Of a DNA stretch of 64,000 bases, positions 25,757 to 41,357 are shown one piece after another (the stretch's first letter is position 1; each line of letters starts with the position of its first letter). The position numbers and the translations under genes were made by a program. The DNA is from Octopus vulgaris. Taxonomy: Eukaryota. The notes beneath the pieces were generated by a model that saw only the letters and a program-made list of their open reading frames with translations, was not told where the DNA came from and did not search any database. Location of the stretch: NCBI GenBank assembly GCA_951406725.2, contig OX597817.1, positions 37,820,001 to 37,884,000 on the forward strand, given 5' to 3'.

Positions 25757-27709
25757 GCTTCTTTCAGTTTCCGTCTACCAAATCCACTCATATAGTCATA
25801 ATTTATGTTTGAGTGAAGGAAGTGTTCTTATGTTTCCAATATTTTTATCAAGTTTTTCTCGCAGTAACTTCATATCATGTTTTAAATCTATCAATATGGT
25901 CATGGAATATCTTCTGATGTTTTTTACCCTTCGAATATATTGATTTTTCTATGAAAGAATGATTGACAGTGTTTTCGAAGTTTCATTGTAAATCTTTTCC
26001 GTATAAAAACTGTGATACTTAATATATTGAGTGAGCCTTCAATCAATGTTTAGCGTAATGGAAATAGTGTAATGTGGCTAATGCCCTGGTAATATGATCT
26101 TCTGGGTTAATGAGAGCCATGATAAAGACCATCAAGAAATATGAAGACAAGTTAAAGTTGACAGCCACATTTATTTCACTGCTAAATGAAAATACAGCAA
26201 CTAGTATACATAGATACTTCTGATAATTAAAATACAATAGGTTCACTGTGCTTCTTGTTCATGATGAGGTGCGCAGGAAAACACAATGCATAACAAGAAA
26301 ATCTAACAATTCTCTCCATAGCGGAATAAAACTTGCTCTATGCCGAAGATCCGAACTTACTCGTGGCAACCACCTCACTGAGGAATAGCGAGAAAAGCTT
26401 CCCTAAACAGCTGATGTTGGCGCGCTTGACTGGTCAATAACATTAAGGGATGGACAGTCCGCGCAAAGCTAGATGGACTCGACCGTCACGTGATGAGCCA
26501 AAATGTAGGTACCTAAAGGTAAAGAGTGAACATGCTTGCTACAAATGTTTGGCTGATTGAGCAAATATTCCACCCGTGACTATCTCGTTTTTTTAGGGAG
26601 TGTGTCTCATCGTGTTTTTTTTAAATGGTAGAGGGAGTTTGTAGCTATTTCTAGTAGGTTTTTGCTCGTTATTCAGCCCATATTTCCATCACCAAGCAGA
26701 CCTCTATGATCAGCAAGTGTTCCTACCATGATTGTTCCATCTTTTTTTTTTCAGGTACTGTTTATCTATGACTATATTATCCGATCCGTTTCCTTCCTTT
26801 TTAATACAATGTGGATGTAACTGGGGAAATATATGGCTGCTGTTTTTGTAGGCCGAACGGCGAAAGTAAAGGTTTACCCGTTGGCTCGTGTCTCAATATG
26901 ACGGAGTGCAATTCTTCTTCAAATTATACCCGCAACAAGAATTAAATTCGACACTCCAAACTAATGGGCAACTCGTCGTTTCGAGAGTACTCTCGCCGTT
27001 AGGACCGGCTTGTTGTTTATTTTCTATGGCACCGGTTCTTAAAGTGACAAATACCAGTTTCCTTCAAAATATTTGGTGAAAACTTTTGCTCCGCCCTGTG
27101 CTTTTTAAAAATGAGAAAACAAAATATTGTTAGCAACCATAAAAATATTCTTTCTTCATGACGTCATAAGAAGTTGTAAACTTTCGAGAGAAGGTGAAAT
27201 AATTTTGGGGGCGGGAATAGTGGATCTCGAAGCATATAAAGCTATAGATAATAGCATGTAAATATTGGATTGAAAGACTGTTTTGAGTACAAAATATCGA
27301 ATGCTGCCGGTGGGACACGAACCCGCGTCTATTGTAGATATGAGAACCTTCTATATTTTTTCTTTTCATTCAAAAGGGTTTTTCCACCCAATATTTTGCA
27401 TGCTTTTAAGGTGGTGAGCTGACAAAATCGTTAGCACGCCGCGCAAAATGCTCAGCGATATTTCATCCATCTTTACGTACTGAGTTCAGATACCGCCAAG
27501 GTCTTCTTTGTCTTTCATCCTTTCGGAGTCGATAAAATAAGTACTCCCGAAGTTGCTGGCCTTGTGCCAAAATTTGAAATCGATATTTACATGCTATTAT
27601 TTATAGCTTTGTATTCTTCGAGATCCACTGCTTCAGAAAAAATTATTCTTTCTTCGCTATGATCTTGGACAAAATTTAAATTTTAACAATCATCTTAATT
27701 TTATTAACC

Positions 27710-28266
27710 ACTAGCTTAAAAGCCGCACTCCGTGTGGAATTTAAAGCTAGCTCTGCGGAGGGCTAATTGGACCTGCAGCCCAAGACTAATGAGAGCTCAA
27801 TAGCATGACTATAATACGTCTACAATGACTATAAGCCCTGGTGGTGTTTTATCAGAGGTTAAGGACGGATGAAAATTTATTCTGTAATGCAATCATTCTA
27901 TTGTTCCAGTTCCAAGTTGAATTCCAACTGTTGGAATTCAACTTTCAAGTTGAATTCAAAGTTCTTATCTCGACGTAAAATTAACGAAGCGAAAGTCATT
28001 TATCTCCCCCTTGATCTCCGACATCATCTGACAAACGCCAACCAAGATGGCGTGATTTAGCCAAGTTTACCTGCAACAAATATCAAACCAACTGCTTTAA
28101 ATCAGATTCCAATGCTGGATGTTCAAGAACCAAGTGAGGGGAAGATTTTCAATCCAGGGATCATCCTGATTCCAAAAATGTATAATATGTCTATGTAGGG
28201 CAAATGTAGGCTGAGATACAGGGATCCCAGACGGACAGACAGAATTTCGCTTTTATTACTGTAGAC
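27710..28266 (+). mobile_element. Putative non-autonomous Helitron/Helentron-like element
   Basis: 5' ACTAGC...GCCGC and 3' CAGACGGACAGACAGAATTTCGCTTTTATTACTGTAGA resemble DINE-1/Lep1-type ends. Confidence 0.45.
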
Positions 28267-28819
28267 GGCAATTTGTCCACCTACGTTTCAATCTTCACAG
28301 CGTTCACCTTTATGAGAAACGCGTAGCTTTGTCATGATCTCTAAGACTCATTAAGCCGGATTTTAACTTGGTTTCCATGACGTATGACTAAGATTACAAT
28401 ACTTCCCCATCATCCCCATTGAACAGGACGCTAGTTCGTCGCATTTGCAGCGGGATTAACTGGGACAACATAAAATATTTTGCTGAAGAACACAATTCAC
28501 TACGCGATCCGGAAATCGAAATCACAATCGTAAGATCGTAGGTACAACATCCTAAATACTAGACCACACATCTTCTCATACGAATTTGACTACAAGGCAA
28601 TATTTGTTGACAGAGCGTGAACCGCCAATCTTTTACCTGATTGTCCAGTATTAATCTACTCGGCCATTTGAATTGTCTATTAAATAGACATTACTTCATA
28701 ACAGCAGAGTTATTTTGTTCCAGTACAAAACGATAATTTTAAGAGTGAACAATGCAGGATGGTGGGGATAGCTTTATAATATATCTCTACATCTGAAATA
28801 TATTTATGTTCAATATTTT

Positions 28820-29640
28820 AAGGCGGCGAGCTGGCAGAAACGTTAGCACGCCGGGCGAAATGCTTAGCAATATTTCGTCTGCCGTTACGTTCTGAGTTCA
28901 AATTCCGCCGAGGTCGACTTTGCCTTTCATCCTTTCGGGGTCGATTAAATAAGTACCAATTACGCACTGGGGTCGATATAATCGATTTAATCCGTTTGTC
29001 TGTCCTTGTTTGTTCCCTCTGTGTTTAGCTCCTTGTGGGTAGTAAAGAAATAGGTATTTCGTCTGCCGCTACGTTCTGAGTTCAAATTCCTCCGAGGTCA
29101 ACTTTGCTTTTTATCCTTTCGGGGTCGATAAATTAAGTTCCAGTTACGTACTGAGGTCCATCTAATTGACTGGCTTCCTCCCCCAAAATTTCGGGCCTTG
29201 TGCCTAGAACAGAAAAGAATATTTTAACGTCAATGATAAGGCGGCTAGCAGGCAGAATCGTTAGCACGCCGAGTTAAATGCTTAGCGGCATTTTGTCTGT
29301 CTTCGTGTTCTGAGTTCAAATTCCGCCGAGGTCGACTTTGCTACTAATTGAACAATGGGGTTGATGTAATTGACTTACCCTCTCCCCGAACTTGCTGGCC
29401 TTGTGCCAAAATTTGAAACCAGTATATTTAACATCAATGAAGGCGGTGAGCTGGTAGAACAGCTGAGCAAAATGCTTGACGGCCTTTCATCCGTCTTTAC
29501 GTTCTGAGTTCAAATTCTGCCGAGGACAACTTTGCCTTTTCTATTTTCAGTGTCGGTAAAATAAGTACCAATCGAGTACTGGGGTCGATGAATCGACTTA
29601 CACGCTTTCCAAAAGTTGCTGGTATTTGGAACCAATATTT
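28820..29640 (+). mobile_element. Cluster of tandem SINE family B copies
   Basis: Heads AAGGCGGC.AGC at about 28820, 29238 and 29440; four Meta-like bodies. Confidence 0.85.
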
Positions 29641-29651
29641 TAAGATAAACA

Positions 29652-29818
29652 TAGGCATAGGAAGGGCTGTGTGGTAAGTTGCTTGCTTACCAACCACATG
29701 GTTCCGGGTTCAGTCCCACTGTGTAGCACCTTGGGCAAGTGTCTTCTACTATAGCTTCGGGCCGACCAAAGCCTTGTGAGTGGATTTGGTAGACGGAAAC
29801 TGAAAGAAGCCCACCGTA

Positions 29819-29854
<36 letters not shown>

Positions 29855-30135
29855 TGTATGTATGTATATGTATGCATGTATGTATGTATGTATGTATATA
29901 TGTATGTATGTATGTATGAGTGTGTATATGTTTGTGTGTCTGTGTTTGTCCCCCCAACATCGCTTGACAACCAGTGCTGGTGTGTTTACGTCCCCGTAAC
30001 TTAGCGGTTCGGTAAAAGAGACCGATAGAATAAGTACTAGGCTTACAAAGAATAAGTCCTGGGGTCGATTTGCTCGACTAAAGGCAGTGCTCCAGCATGG
30101 CCACAGTCAAATGGCTGAAACAAGTAAAAGAGTAA
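29652..30135 (+). mobile_element. SINE family A with (TATG)n core
   Basis: Full head-to-tail consensus. Confidence 0.9.
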
Positions 30136-30914
30136 TAAATGCTTTTCTTTTTTACCGTGTAAGTTTGGAAAGGAAATATTGAAAGCACCTATAAAAGACG
30201 ATGTCTTGAAGAAACTTCCATCTTCGTAGATTTTCTGATAGTCGTTCTGTCGCCCTGTCGAGACATCTAAATGTTGAACGGTTTATGAGAATAACATTCG
30301 CAAAAGCGGCGTTTCACTTTTGTTGTAAACAGCATCTTTATACTGAAAAATTGTGTGTGTGTCCCCGATAAATGCAAATAACTCTAAATGTAAGTTAATT
30401 TACTTGAGGCTTTAATACATTCAAAAGTCCATTAACATCTGCTACCAGACTGTCAGAAACTGCAGTTTATGAAACCGTTATTTATAGTAGAAGTAGCAAG
30501 TAGTAAATGCAATACCCGGTGAGGACTCAACAACTTCTATAATATGATAGCGCTTACATAAAATTATTACAACTCACCACACTGGAGTATAGAAACAACA
30601 TGCACTTAAAAATTTTTAAGTGTGAATGTATAACAGAAAATAGCTAAGTGTAGGTGAAGGCATGACTGTGCCAGAAGTTCGTTTCCCAACTTCATGGTTT
30701 GGGGTTCAGTCCTTGGGCAAGCTATCTTCTGCTATAATCCCCCGGCCGACAAAAGCCTTGTGAGTGGAGTGAAACATACGTACATCACGGACTCTCCCGT
30801 CTTTAGACGACGTATGAAGGTCCAGCAAGAAATTTCCAAACAACCACACAGAATATTTATTTATAGTGATCAAATGTTTGTGTACACATAAGCTCATTCC
30901 CTTCATCAAATCGA

Positions 30915-31080
30915 CATTACCTGTACCGTGTGACACACGTCAGATGACGAAATGATTGCAGAGCAACGTGAAATGAAGTGCTTTGCTCAAGAACACAACG
31001 CAACGTCTGGACTTGGAATCGAACCCACGATCTCGCAATCGTGTGTGCAACACCATAACCACTAAGCCATGCGCCTTCAT
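30915..31080 (-). mobile_element. tRNA-derived SINE family D
   Basis: Reverse complement reads GGCGCATGGCTTAGTGGTTA...GGTTCGATTCC...GTGTTCTTGAGCAAAGCACTT. Related to 40770-40910, 53000-53200 and 60522-60800. Confidence 0.75.
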
Positions 31081-31111
31081 ACATACATACATACATACAT
31101 ACATACATACA

Positions 31112-31142
<31 letters not shown>

Positions 31143-31464
31143 TCGGATTACAAGCTTCTATATCCGGATTACAAATTTACGTTTATACCAATAATAATTG
31201 GAGCAATTGGTTTTGTAAATAAATGATTAGCTGTCAGTCTAGATAAGCTTGGATTTCAGAAAAAGAAATCAACCGATTCGCACATTATAAATACAATCTT
31301 TAAGTGGAACAGTTAAGCTATGCAAGACTTTTCCCAGGTTTAAAATGTGACATTATTTTCGTTATCTACATTCCAAAGACGGAGCTTTGTATCTTTGTTA
31401 GAAACCAGCTCCTTCATAGGAAGAATTTAAATGACTAAATACAGAAGAGTTATACATACATACA

Positions 31465-32552
31465 GTGATATAGATGTTCGAACACGCAAGCTGCTCAATG
31501 TTACAGGAAACTCCAATATCAATGGAGCTGTAGAAGGCTATACTTCTCACGTAGGGGTCTCAGATCTGTATTGATGTCGTATAAAGAACATGCTGTAACA
31601 TTGAAACAACATCTGCGGCAGAGGAAAGAAACCAGTAACCATTTTGTCCAAGATTTTGACCCTGAAATCAATAACATAATTCGGATAGCTAATGACATGA
31701 AGGTATAAAATAAGAACTGATACAGATCTCTCTCTAAGGAGCATTGGTAAAACCTGTCTATCAGAAGAACAAAATGCAAAAAATGGACTAGTCCACTGAG
31801 AAGATGACACATGGGTACTTGAGATGAAAAACGCAAACCAGAGACAAGATTGATTATGTCAAAAGTTTTGCATGGTGTTCCACTTCAAAGTCTACCTCTA
31901 TGCAATTCAAGAACAAGAGATCCCCATAAAGTACTTACTGCCTAGATGTAGAAAACATCGACTGACAGCAAATGTAGGCTGTGCAAGACCAAGATTGAAG
32001 ACAGCAACCACATTATTGCCAACTGTGAGAGAGAATGTCTTCCAGATTTATCTTCCCATGAAGCATGATGCGGTGGTCAGAAAAGTCTGGAACAAGGTAA
32101 CAAAAAATAAAACACCTACAGACGAAGTGGGCCACAGTGAAGCCGATGTGTCTCAGGAATATTGATGGAACTTAAAAATGAAACAGTCACCAAGTTAAAA
32201 CAACCGGCCAGATATTGTTGTGTGGGACCACAAAGAAAAGATATGTTCTGTTGTGGAAATCAGCTGCCCCCTGGACACCAAAGTGGTTACAAAATTGCAA
32301 GAGATCATTGATAAAGAGTTTGCAAATCCAGAACCCAAGATGAAACAAAGTATGGCTGAACTTGAGTTCGGCGGCGGAGAACGCAAATCCTTAATTCATA
32401 AACTACAAATGATCACGATATCTGAAACAATAAAAATCTGCAAGACCTCCTTAAGATTGAAATGATAATGAGCAAAACAAGGTGCTGACCATCACAATTT
32501 GATGCTAAGCAGGTGGCCGGTCAAAAATTATTCTAGATTAAGAAGAGAAAGT
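31465..32552 (+). pseudogene. Decayed R4/Dong-like non-LTR retrotransposon 3' portion (restriction-like endonuclease)
   Basis: RLYFSRRGLRS, AIQEQEI, YLPMKHDAVVR, NNRPDIVVWDHKEKICSVVEISCP (PD-(D/E)xK-like); frameshifts; (ATAC)n at both ends. Confidence 0.75.
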
Positions 32553-32820
32553 GGACATACATACATACATGATTGCGTATGCATGTATGAGTATGTGTAT
32601 GTGTGTGTGTGTTTGTGTATCCTTTTCTTGACATTATCTGATAATCGTAAAATGATTGTCACTGTCATACAAGCAGTATAATTCATTTCCAATATTCTGC
32701 AAGAACATGTCTGGTCATGGAGAAATATTACCTTGCTAACAAACAGATAAGGGTTGGTGACCCGAAGGGCAATCAGTCCTAGAAAATCTGTCTCCATAAA
32801 GTCTGTTCAACCCACGCGAG

Positions 32821-33083
32821 TGTAGGGCCGGATTCGTGACAGACGAACTGTAAACAGAAACTTCACTGCGGGCTAGCTAGGAAGTTGGTCAGCAGGAAAA
32901 CAAAAGGACTTCCGGAAGGAGTTCCAAAACAAAAGAATGTCAACAGCGAGCGTGTAACGAATCTGAGTGAACAAAACAGAAACAGCTGACGACTTAAGCC
33001 CTGATGTACGTCAAGTAATAAACCTTTGGTAAATGTATTCTCGTCTCCACTAATTTGTTTGCGTATAGCTTAACAAAGCTAAA
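32821..33083 (+). mobile_element. Short solo-LTR-like insertion inside an RTE-tail SINE
   Basis: Begins TGTAGG, contains AATAAA, 4-bp TSD CGAG. The host tail resumes at 33084 and runs to GTTAAAA(TGA)n. Confidence 0.55.
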
Positions 33084-34199
33084 CGAGCATATTAAAGTGA
33101 TCGTTAAAATGATGATGATGATGATTGTGATGGTCATCATCATCATCCTCATCATCATCAGCATTATCATCGTCATCTCTTTCAATATCATTGATAATAG
33201 TAGAACGACGCGACCAGAAGTCCAAGGCGAATTCCTTAGCTTGTAGAGTTTGACAGGGTTGTTGTATAGCAGGTTTATCAGTAGTCAGGTTAGACCTATC
33301 AAGATGTGAGTGATTGTCAGAAATATTGACACTTTCTTTTAAGCACATTCATCATATCTTACCTCAGCCATATCTGGGGCATCTCTTGACTGGACTAGGT
33401 CTCTTATTTTAATGGAATCTTCTGGATCACAAGGAAAACGATTATAAATATACTGAACATTATAATCCAATTGAAAAGTTGACAGTGAAAGTTCGTCTTT
33501 ATTACGGATGAATGTTTTCAACAGACCCTCCCAGAGAGAGAGAGAGGTGAGAGAGATAGAAGAAGAGTCCTGGCTGGAATGCTCATACTTGGAGCCATTT
33601 ACGAATAAAGGTGAAGAGAAGTAAATATGCTGAATTTGTGAATGAACACAGTAATAAAACATAAGGTGTCACATAGAACAGATCCTCATAGAGGAATAGT
33701 TACATTTTAAAATTTACTGTTTTTTCAGATGATATCAACATAAACTTCACATTGCCAATTTAGTGCAGGGTGATATTGAGTCGAGCGGCTTGTTGGAACA
33801 TGGCCATCATACGAGAAATATTTCCATTTTGATGACTTTAATGCAATTTGTCGATTTGAGTGGACATAACCAAGTTAACCGAAAATAGAAAATAACGTAG
33901 TTAGTCAAGAAATGACAGTCGATGAATATATGTATGACAAAGAAAGCAAGGAGAAATATTGATGGACAACAATCAACAACTATTCATGACTTGACGATAA
34001 AGATAACGGACCCTCAGATCGAACAGTTTTGTGATCAACAGAACGCATAGATCTGGTGCATTGATGCTGTTCTTTTGGGGTTCTTTTGAGAGCATACATA
34101 TTTCAAAGCCCCATTGATGTTAAATCTAGATAATTTTTTATATAAGCATTTAATATATAACTGAAAGAATTATTATCAGAAATATCTAAAATTACTTGG

Positions 34200-35960
34200 T
34201 TTATTTTATTAAGTAAAGGATAGTGTTATGATTTTAATTTTTCAACATCCAGCCCAATATTAGTAAGCGGTAACCTTTAATCTCCTTATTTGGTCATTTG
34301 TAATCAGTTTATCTTCATCTCAAAAATTCCATAAAAGCACTTAATCCATTTTCGACCGAATAGGAAGACAGAAAAGCAATTAAGAACTTTTTCACAGCGG
34401 CCGAAATCCAGGTTATGGATCTGTAATTTGGTGCAGCGACCAGAAATAATGGCATCCGTTCAGAAATTTGAGCTTCAACACTTTGCTGGTTATAAATTTA
34501 ATCACTTCTTTTTGTAATTGCATACCTGTTTTATCAGCTCATGAAATTGGTCCAAAGCCCAATCGGTAATCTTCATAGCAAGAATATCTTCAAACCATTC
34601 AGAGAAGCCTTTATGTAACGTTTCTAAATGTTGACACTAAACCTGAACATTATCATCTATGTTTCTGTCTTTTCCCCCCAGTAGAGAAAGACCCTGAAAC
34701 TTATAAAATTCTCCACACGTCTCAAATATATTTCAACAGAATGATATTCGAAACAAATGCACAAATGACAGCCTTTAGTTTTATTGAAATTAAATTCATT
34801 ATATTCGAAATATATATCTGACATATAGACAACGTCACTTTTGAACTTCTTGAAGATAACTTGCTCAAATATATCTTTGTTTTCAGAGAATTCTAAAACT
34901 TACTAAAAAAAAAGTAAAAATAAAAGAACTACATAAGCAACTCTGACAGACGCAATTCGGCAACCAGAGAACTTTAGTACGGAATACTAATAATTTAATT
35001 CTTCATTGCTTTGTTCGCACAAATGTCTAAATTACAATTTATTGAGATAGTTGTTTCTTCTTTTGTTAATTGTGCTGCAATGGTATTGCTATTAGCGATG
35101 CAAGCGATCGCTTCGGTTTTTTTTGCAATTAAATGTTGTCGATGAATCACGCAATGCGCAGCTAATACAATTGGCACGAACGGTCTTAAATGTTCAGTGA
35201 ATTTACTGTAACAGCTCACCATCTACAGAACTCTATAGTTGTTGCTATATTTGCAAGAGCAATCTCATTTTTTTTAAACACTTTTCTGCAACAAGAAATA
35301 TCCACTTTCCTTTAGTATCTACTACCAACGTCTGACAAATTTAGCTCGAAATATTTTTCTCTTTTAGACCTGTTGTAAGCTAAAAGCAAAGCTGACGTTA
35401 GCTTCAGTAACGTAGAGTCGATTCCTCCAGTTGTTACAAAATTCGGACAGTATTCAAAACATTACATAATGTATCTTCTACATTCTTGTCTGTTTGGTAA
35501 ATTCATCACTGTATTGTACTATCGCTCAAAAGAATTTTATCGATTGTGTAAGTTGTTGGTTTGGTTTGTTCAACACAGTATATAGAACCTCACTAACAGC
35601 TGGCAGGATCAATTTTTGCCAATAGTATGTGGCTTCTTGGATTTGGTAATCAATAATGAAATGGAATTTTGTATGAGCTGCGTAGCCCATCATTTAAAAA
35701 ATTTTGTTTATTTATTTATTTTGCATTGCTACGAAAGAATGAAAACACTCGACAACGTCTGCTGTTTTTCAAATTGCTCTCGAAGTGCTTAAAAATAAGA
35801 AAAATCTTTATTTGTCTTGTCTGCATGAATTTTTTTCCAAGTTCTTTTCTTATCTTAAAGGATTTATAGATTCATTGGGAAAAACTTTCGACAAATCATG
35901 TACATTTGTAGATGATGGTGATAGAATCATATCATAAATATTCGACTTATAACGAAATAC
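34200..35960 (-). pseudogene. hAT (Charlie/Buster-type) transposase remnant
   Basis: KPHTIG..LILPAVSEVL (about 35590-35640), AHCVIHRQHLIAKK (about 35120-35160), FLIAFLSSYSVENGLSA (about 34340-34390). Confidence 0.8.
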
Positions 35961-35973
35961 ATCTCTCTCTGTA

Positions 35974-36036
<63 letters not shown>

Positions 36037-36037
<1 letters not shown>

Positions 36038-36076
36038 TTACTTGGAAGAGGATACATGGCGTTCAATCATATAATA

Positions 36077-36121
<45 letters not shown>

Positions 36122-36144
36122 CGTATATGTACATAAATCTATAC

Positions 36145-36201
<57 letters not shown>

Positions 36202-36835
36202 TTTTTGGGCACAGGACGTCATGAAACGTGTACAAAAAAATACGAAGTACGAGTACATGGAATATGAACTATGTTTTCGAACAACGAAAGACACAAATGG
36301 AAAACAAAACAAACAACATAAAGAACGACCCTTCATCAGTTGTTGGCTGTTTTTCTAGTCTTGTATTTGAGCATTTAATAACAATATAGCTTTCGATAAA
36401 ACAGTTGCTCCCGTAAAGCAAATTAAATAAAATTTGGGATTTTGCGGAGGGTCAAAATTGCTAACACAAACAGGACAGTGAAAACAAACAGGAAGGGCTG
36501 CTAAGCCTAAACGGGGTTGTGGTGGCGAATGCGTAAATCAAGCTTGGACATGAGACATACAAGAACACGTCTTCCTTGTTCCAGCTACAACGGAGAGAAA
36601 GAAAGAAACACAAGTTTGAAGAAAGAAAGATGACCAATGGTCACGTGGGAGACACGTGAGCAAGAGAGGGAGAGAGATTAACAGAGTAATAGGATAGAAT
36701 AGTGGGAGAAGAAGAGGTAAAAGAATAAGAGAGAGAAAGAGAGAAAAACGAAAGAGTAAAAAGATCGAATAGAGTGCGCATCAGAATTATAAAGATAAAA
36801 CTTGGAAGATGATGCGTGGTGCTCAATCATATAAA
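36037..36835 (+). mobile_element. Microsatellite-embedded repeat with direct terminal repeats (pLTR-like)
   Basis: ACTTGGAAGAGGATACATGGCGTTCAATCAT at the start recurs as ACTTGGAAGATGATGCGTGGTGCTCAATCAT at about 36800. Confidence 0.7.
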
Positions 36836-36899
36836 TGATGTATGTGTGTGTGTGTGTGTATGCATATGGAAAGAAGTGTATTCCCAGGCAGAAAAAAAT

Positions 36900-38110
<1,211 letters not shown>

Positions 38111-38399
38111 TAAACAGAGAAGGAAGTTGGAAAATGTTTTGGTATTATTAAATAATACCAAGTAATCCCCACAAATTCCCAAGTTCTTGTTTTATTATAT
38201 AATAACTGCAAACAATATTTCCAAAATTTTCAACTTTAATACGTACCTCACATCAATACAACTACATACTGAAATAAGCAGATGTGTTTCAAGAGGACAC
38301 AGCTTGGATTTTACCCTACCGACATTGTGTGTGTGTGTGTGTGTGTTATATACATTGCTACTGCACTTAACGAACGACTACTAGTTTAAATATTTTGCC

Positions 38400-38608
38400 T
38401 TCTCTTTACTCTTTATTTGTTTTAATCATTTGGCCATGGCCATGCTGGAGCACCACCTTTAGTCGAGCAAATCGACCCCAGGACTTATTCTTTGTAAGCC
38501 TAGTACTTATTCTATCGGTCTCTTTTGCCGAACCGCTAATTTACGGGGACGCAAACACACCAGCATCGGTTGTCAAGCGATGTTGGGAGAACAAACACAG
38601 ACACACAA

Positions 38609-38677
<69 letters not shown>

Positions 38678-38855
38678 TACATATATACATATATACGACG
38701 GTCTTCTTTCAGTTTCCGTCTACCAAATCCACTCACAAGGCTTTGGTCGGCACGAGGCTATAGTAGAAGACACTTGCCCAAGGTGCCACGCAGTGGGACT
38801 GAACCCGAAACCATGTGGTTCGTAAGCAAGCTGCTTACCCCACGGACACTCCTGC
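38400..38855 (-). mobile_element. SINE family A
   Basis: Full consensus in reverse. Confidence 0.9.
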
Positions 38856-39739
38856 CCTTTGAATTTCTCACTAACTTTTACCTTCCTACACTTGAAACTG
38901 CTCCTTGTTTTCCGACTTCCCTCTTGAATCTTCCACCATTCTCAGGGGGTCAGTAACGGTTACTTTGTGCATCATTTTTCGAAATGATAGTAGTGCGGCT
39001 TTAACTTTGATAAATGGGAGAAATATACAAAACAACATATTCAATATCGTCATCGATTACAGAACGATTGAACGATCACTCTATCCCCACTCTACTTTAT
39101 ATGGCCAGGAAGGTAGAAAGATTTGTGGAGTTCTAAGAGGTTACTCTGGTAAAAAGCGCCTCAAAAATCATCCGATAGTGCGTCTGAAGCAGTATTCAAG
39201 TGTCCAGGACAATGTGAGACTTAAATAGCAGAACGGTGTTAGTTTCAATCGCCAGCGTATTGTTTTCTCATTTTTAATATTACATAACATAATAATAAAT
39301 ACAGTCCTGTGGACTTCAGTAAATTATAAAAGGAATTAATTTTAAAATCGGATTTGCATAAGTTAAAACAATTCAAAATCCAGGCATTTACTGTGTTTTA
39401 TTTATATGTCAATCAAATTTGCTTCGAGATTGTTTTAATCTGTTCTGACATTATTTGAATTCGTCTCGAGATTATATGAATTTGTTATACGGTTATTTGA
39501 ATTTGCTTCGAGTTTCTGATTAGTTGATAATCCGACGTGGCATGAGCTTGTTAAACAGAGCCTTTTGGAGATGTTGTAACAATATAAACATATAAAGGGC
39601 AGCGCATTGTTTCAGTTACGAAAGTTAAAACGATACATCGAGGCTTTTTTTATACACTCGAATAGACAAAAATTTGTTTTTCATTACACCTGTAGGGATA
39701 CGACTGTACGTAAGGAGTTGGTGACAGAAATGTCTCCTT

Positions 39740-40493
39740 TTTAACGCCGCACGGCCGTCCCACAAAAGAAGATAGCCCCTATACATGATATAAAAGAACA
39801 AGTGCCAAAAGGAATAATGAGGACGACAATCGTTCTACTGTTTGTACAGATGCGTACAATAAGATAAAGTATGGTTGCTAGCAAAGTGGAGTGTCTGTGT
39901 GCATGCTGTGTCAGGTCTCTTGATACAGGAATCCATGCAGGTAGTGCTGTGTTGTTAACCTTGGTGAAAATCACAACAGCGAGAAAGCTAAACCTGAGCG
40001 AGTGCTGTGTACGTATCGTTGAAATCGACGGAGATGAGGGCGACGGTGGAGAATGGACCTGAGTTGCTGGTGTATGTTAGCGTTGTCGCGGGAACTGGCT
40101 GTCTGGTTGTGGTGTGGTCAATGGTTGAGTCGCTCTGTAGTCAGAGGTTAGTCCTGAAAAGGACTAGAGCCTAAGACGGTGTTGCTGGAACATGGCTGAG
40201 TGCTCTGTGGTCAGAGAACCAAAGACGAGAAATAGTGATTTCCAGGCCTTTTTTATAACCTGAAGTGGGCTCCAGTGAAACCCCAAAAAGACTGTGTCAT
40301 GGGACCTTATCCGAAGGTCGTGATTGGTTGGTTTGCACACTGGCGCGAAATAAGTCAAGAGACAAACTACGCCAATGCCAACCAATCAGAGCAGTGGACA
40401 CAACAAGGTCAAAATAGCCGAAGTTGGTTGCTATCTAACACGAGATCATTTCTAATATATCTCTCAAACAGTGAGGATATCAGCTACGCTACA
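39740..40493 (-). mobile_element. Solo LTR, related to 42859-44280
   Basis: Minus strand starts TGTAGCGTAG; CCAAT and TATA-like motifs; shared blocks such as TTGTGTCCACT..TCTGATTGG and ACAGCCAGTTC..GCGACAACGC. Confidence 0.65.
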
Positions 40494-40924
40494 CACCTAT
40501 GAATTTTCATCGCTCGACATCTTTGCTTTCCTGAAAATTTAAGTTGTGACAAGTACTAACTGATAGGTTCTAATAAAACCAAAACAAACCCTGGAATTAT
40601 CGTATTTGCCAAAGGTAGTACGCTTCCCCACTGCATGCATTCATTCAAGTTTTGATTTAGATTACGGAGTTGCTTTCCTAAAACAACCACGCTACTTTTT
40701 AAGGAGCATAAAACCGGTTTCCCTGGACGGAAATCCTGCCGGTCTGTCGCAGGATTATTCATTTTTTTTTACCAGCAGAGTGGACTAAAGCAACGTGAAA
40801 TGAAGTGTTTTCCTCAAGAACACAACGCATCGCCCGGTGCAGGAATCGAAACCACAATCTTACGCTCATAAGTCCAACAATCTAACCACTAACTCATACG
40901 CCTCCATCTATCATTAAAACCAAT

Positions 40925-41357
40925 GGATCTTTTCGGTTTGAACGGCAGTTTTTGAAAATAATTTCCACGTAACTAAACACTTTTAAACTTCGTATACTGG
41001 TAGAATGTGTTTATAAAACATCTTTTTCTCTTGGCTTTATTGAGAAAATTCTATAGTTTGTAAGATATTTGTTGTTTCTTTTCTTCAATTTCTGCAATTT
41101 CAACCAATCAATGACGTCTATTGAGGTGAAAACATTCTGTGCCGTATGAATATATCCCTCGTTTAAGAAACAGATTGTGTTTATTTACATTTCTGAAGAA
41201 AAAAATATACCCTTTCCCCCACCCTTAACCCTAACCCTAACTAACCCAAACCCTAAAACAGATTGAAATGCAATAGATCGATACTAGGGTCATAATTATG
41301 GGTGACAATTTCATATAACACCGCTAGAAATAAATGCCGTTCTAACCGAAAAGATCC
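40925..41357. mobile_element. Merlin-like MITE, copy 2
   Basis: Same TIR as copy 1; TSD AAACCAAT/AAACCAAC. Confidence 0.85.

Larger units (their letters stand above)
24602..25790 (-). mobile_element. SINE family A with greatly expanded internal microsatellite and an inserted hairpin
   Basis: 3' half at 24602-24830 and a 5'-side fragment at 25750-25790. Confidence 0.65.
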
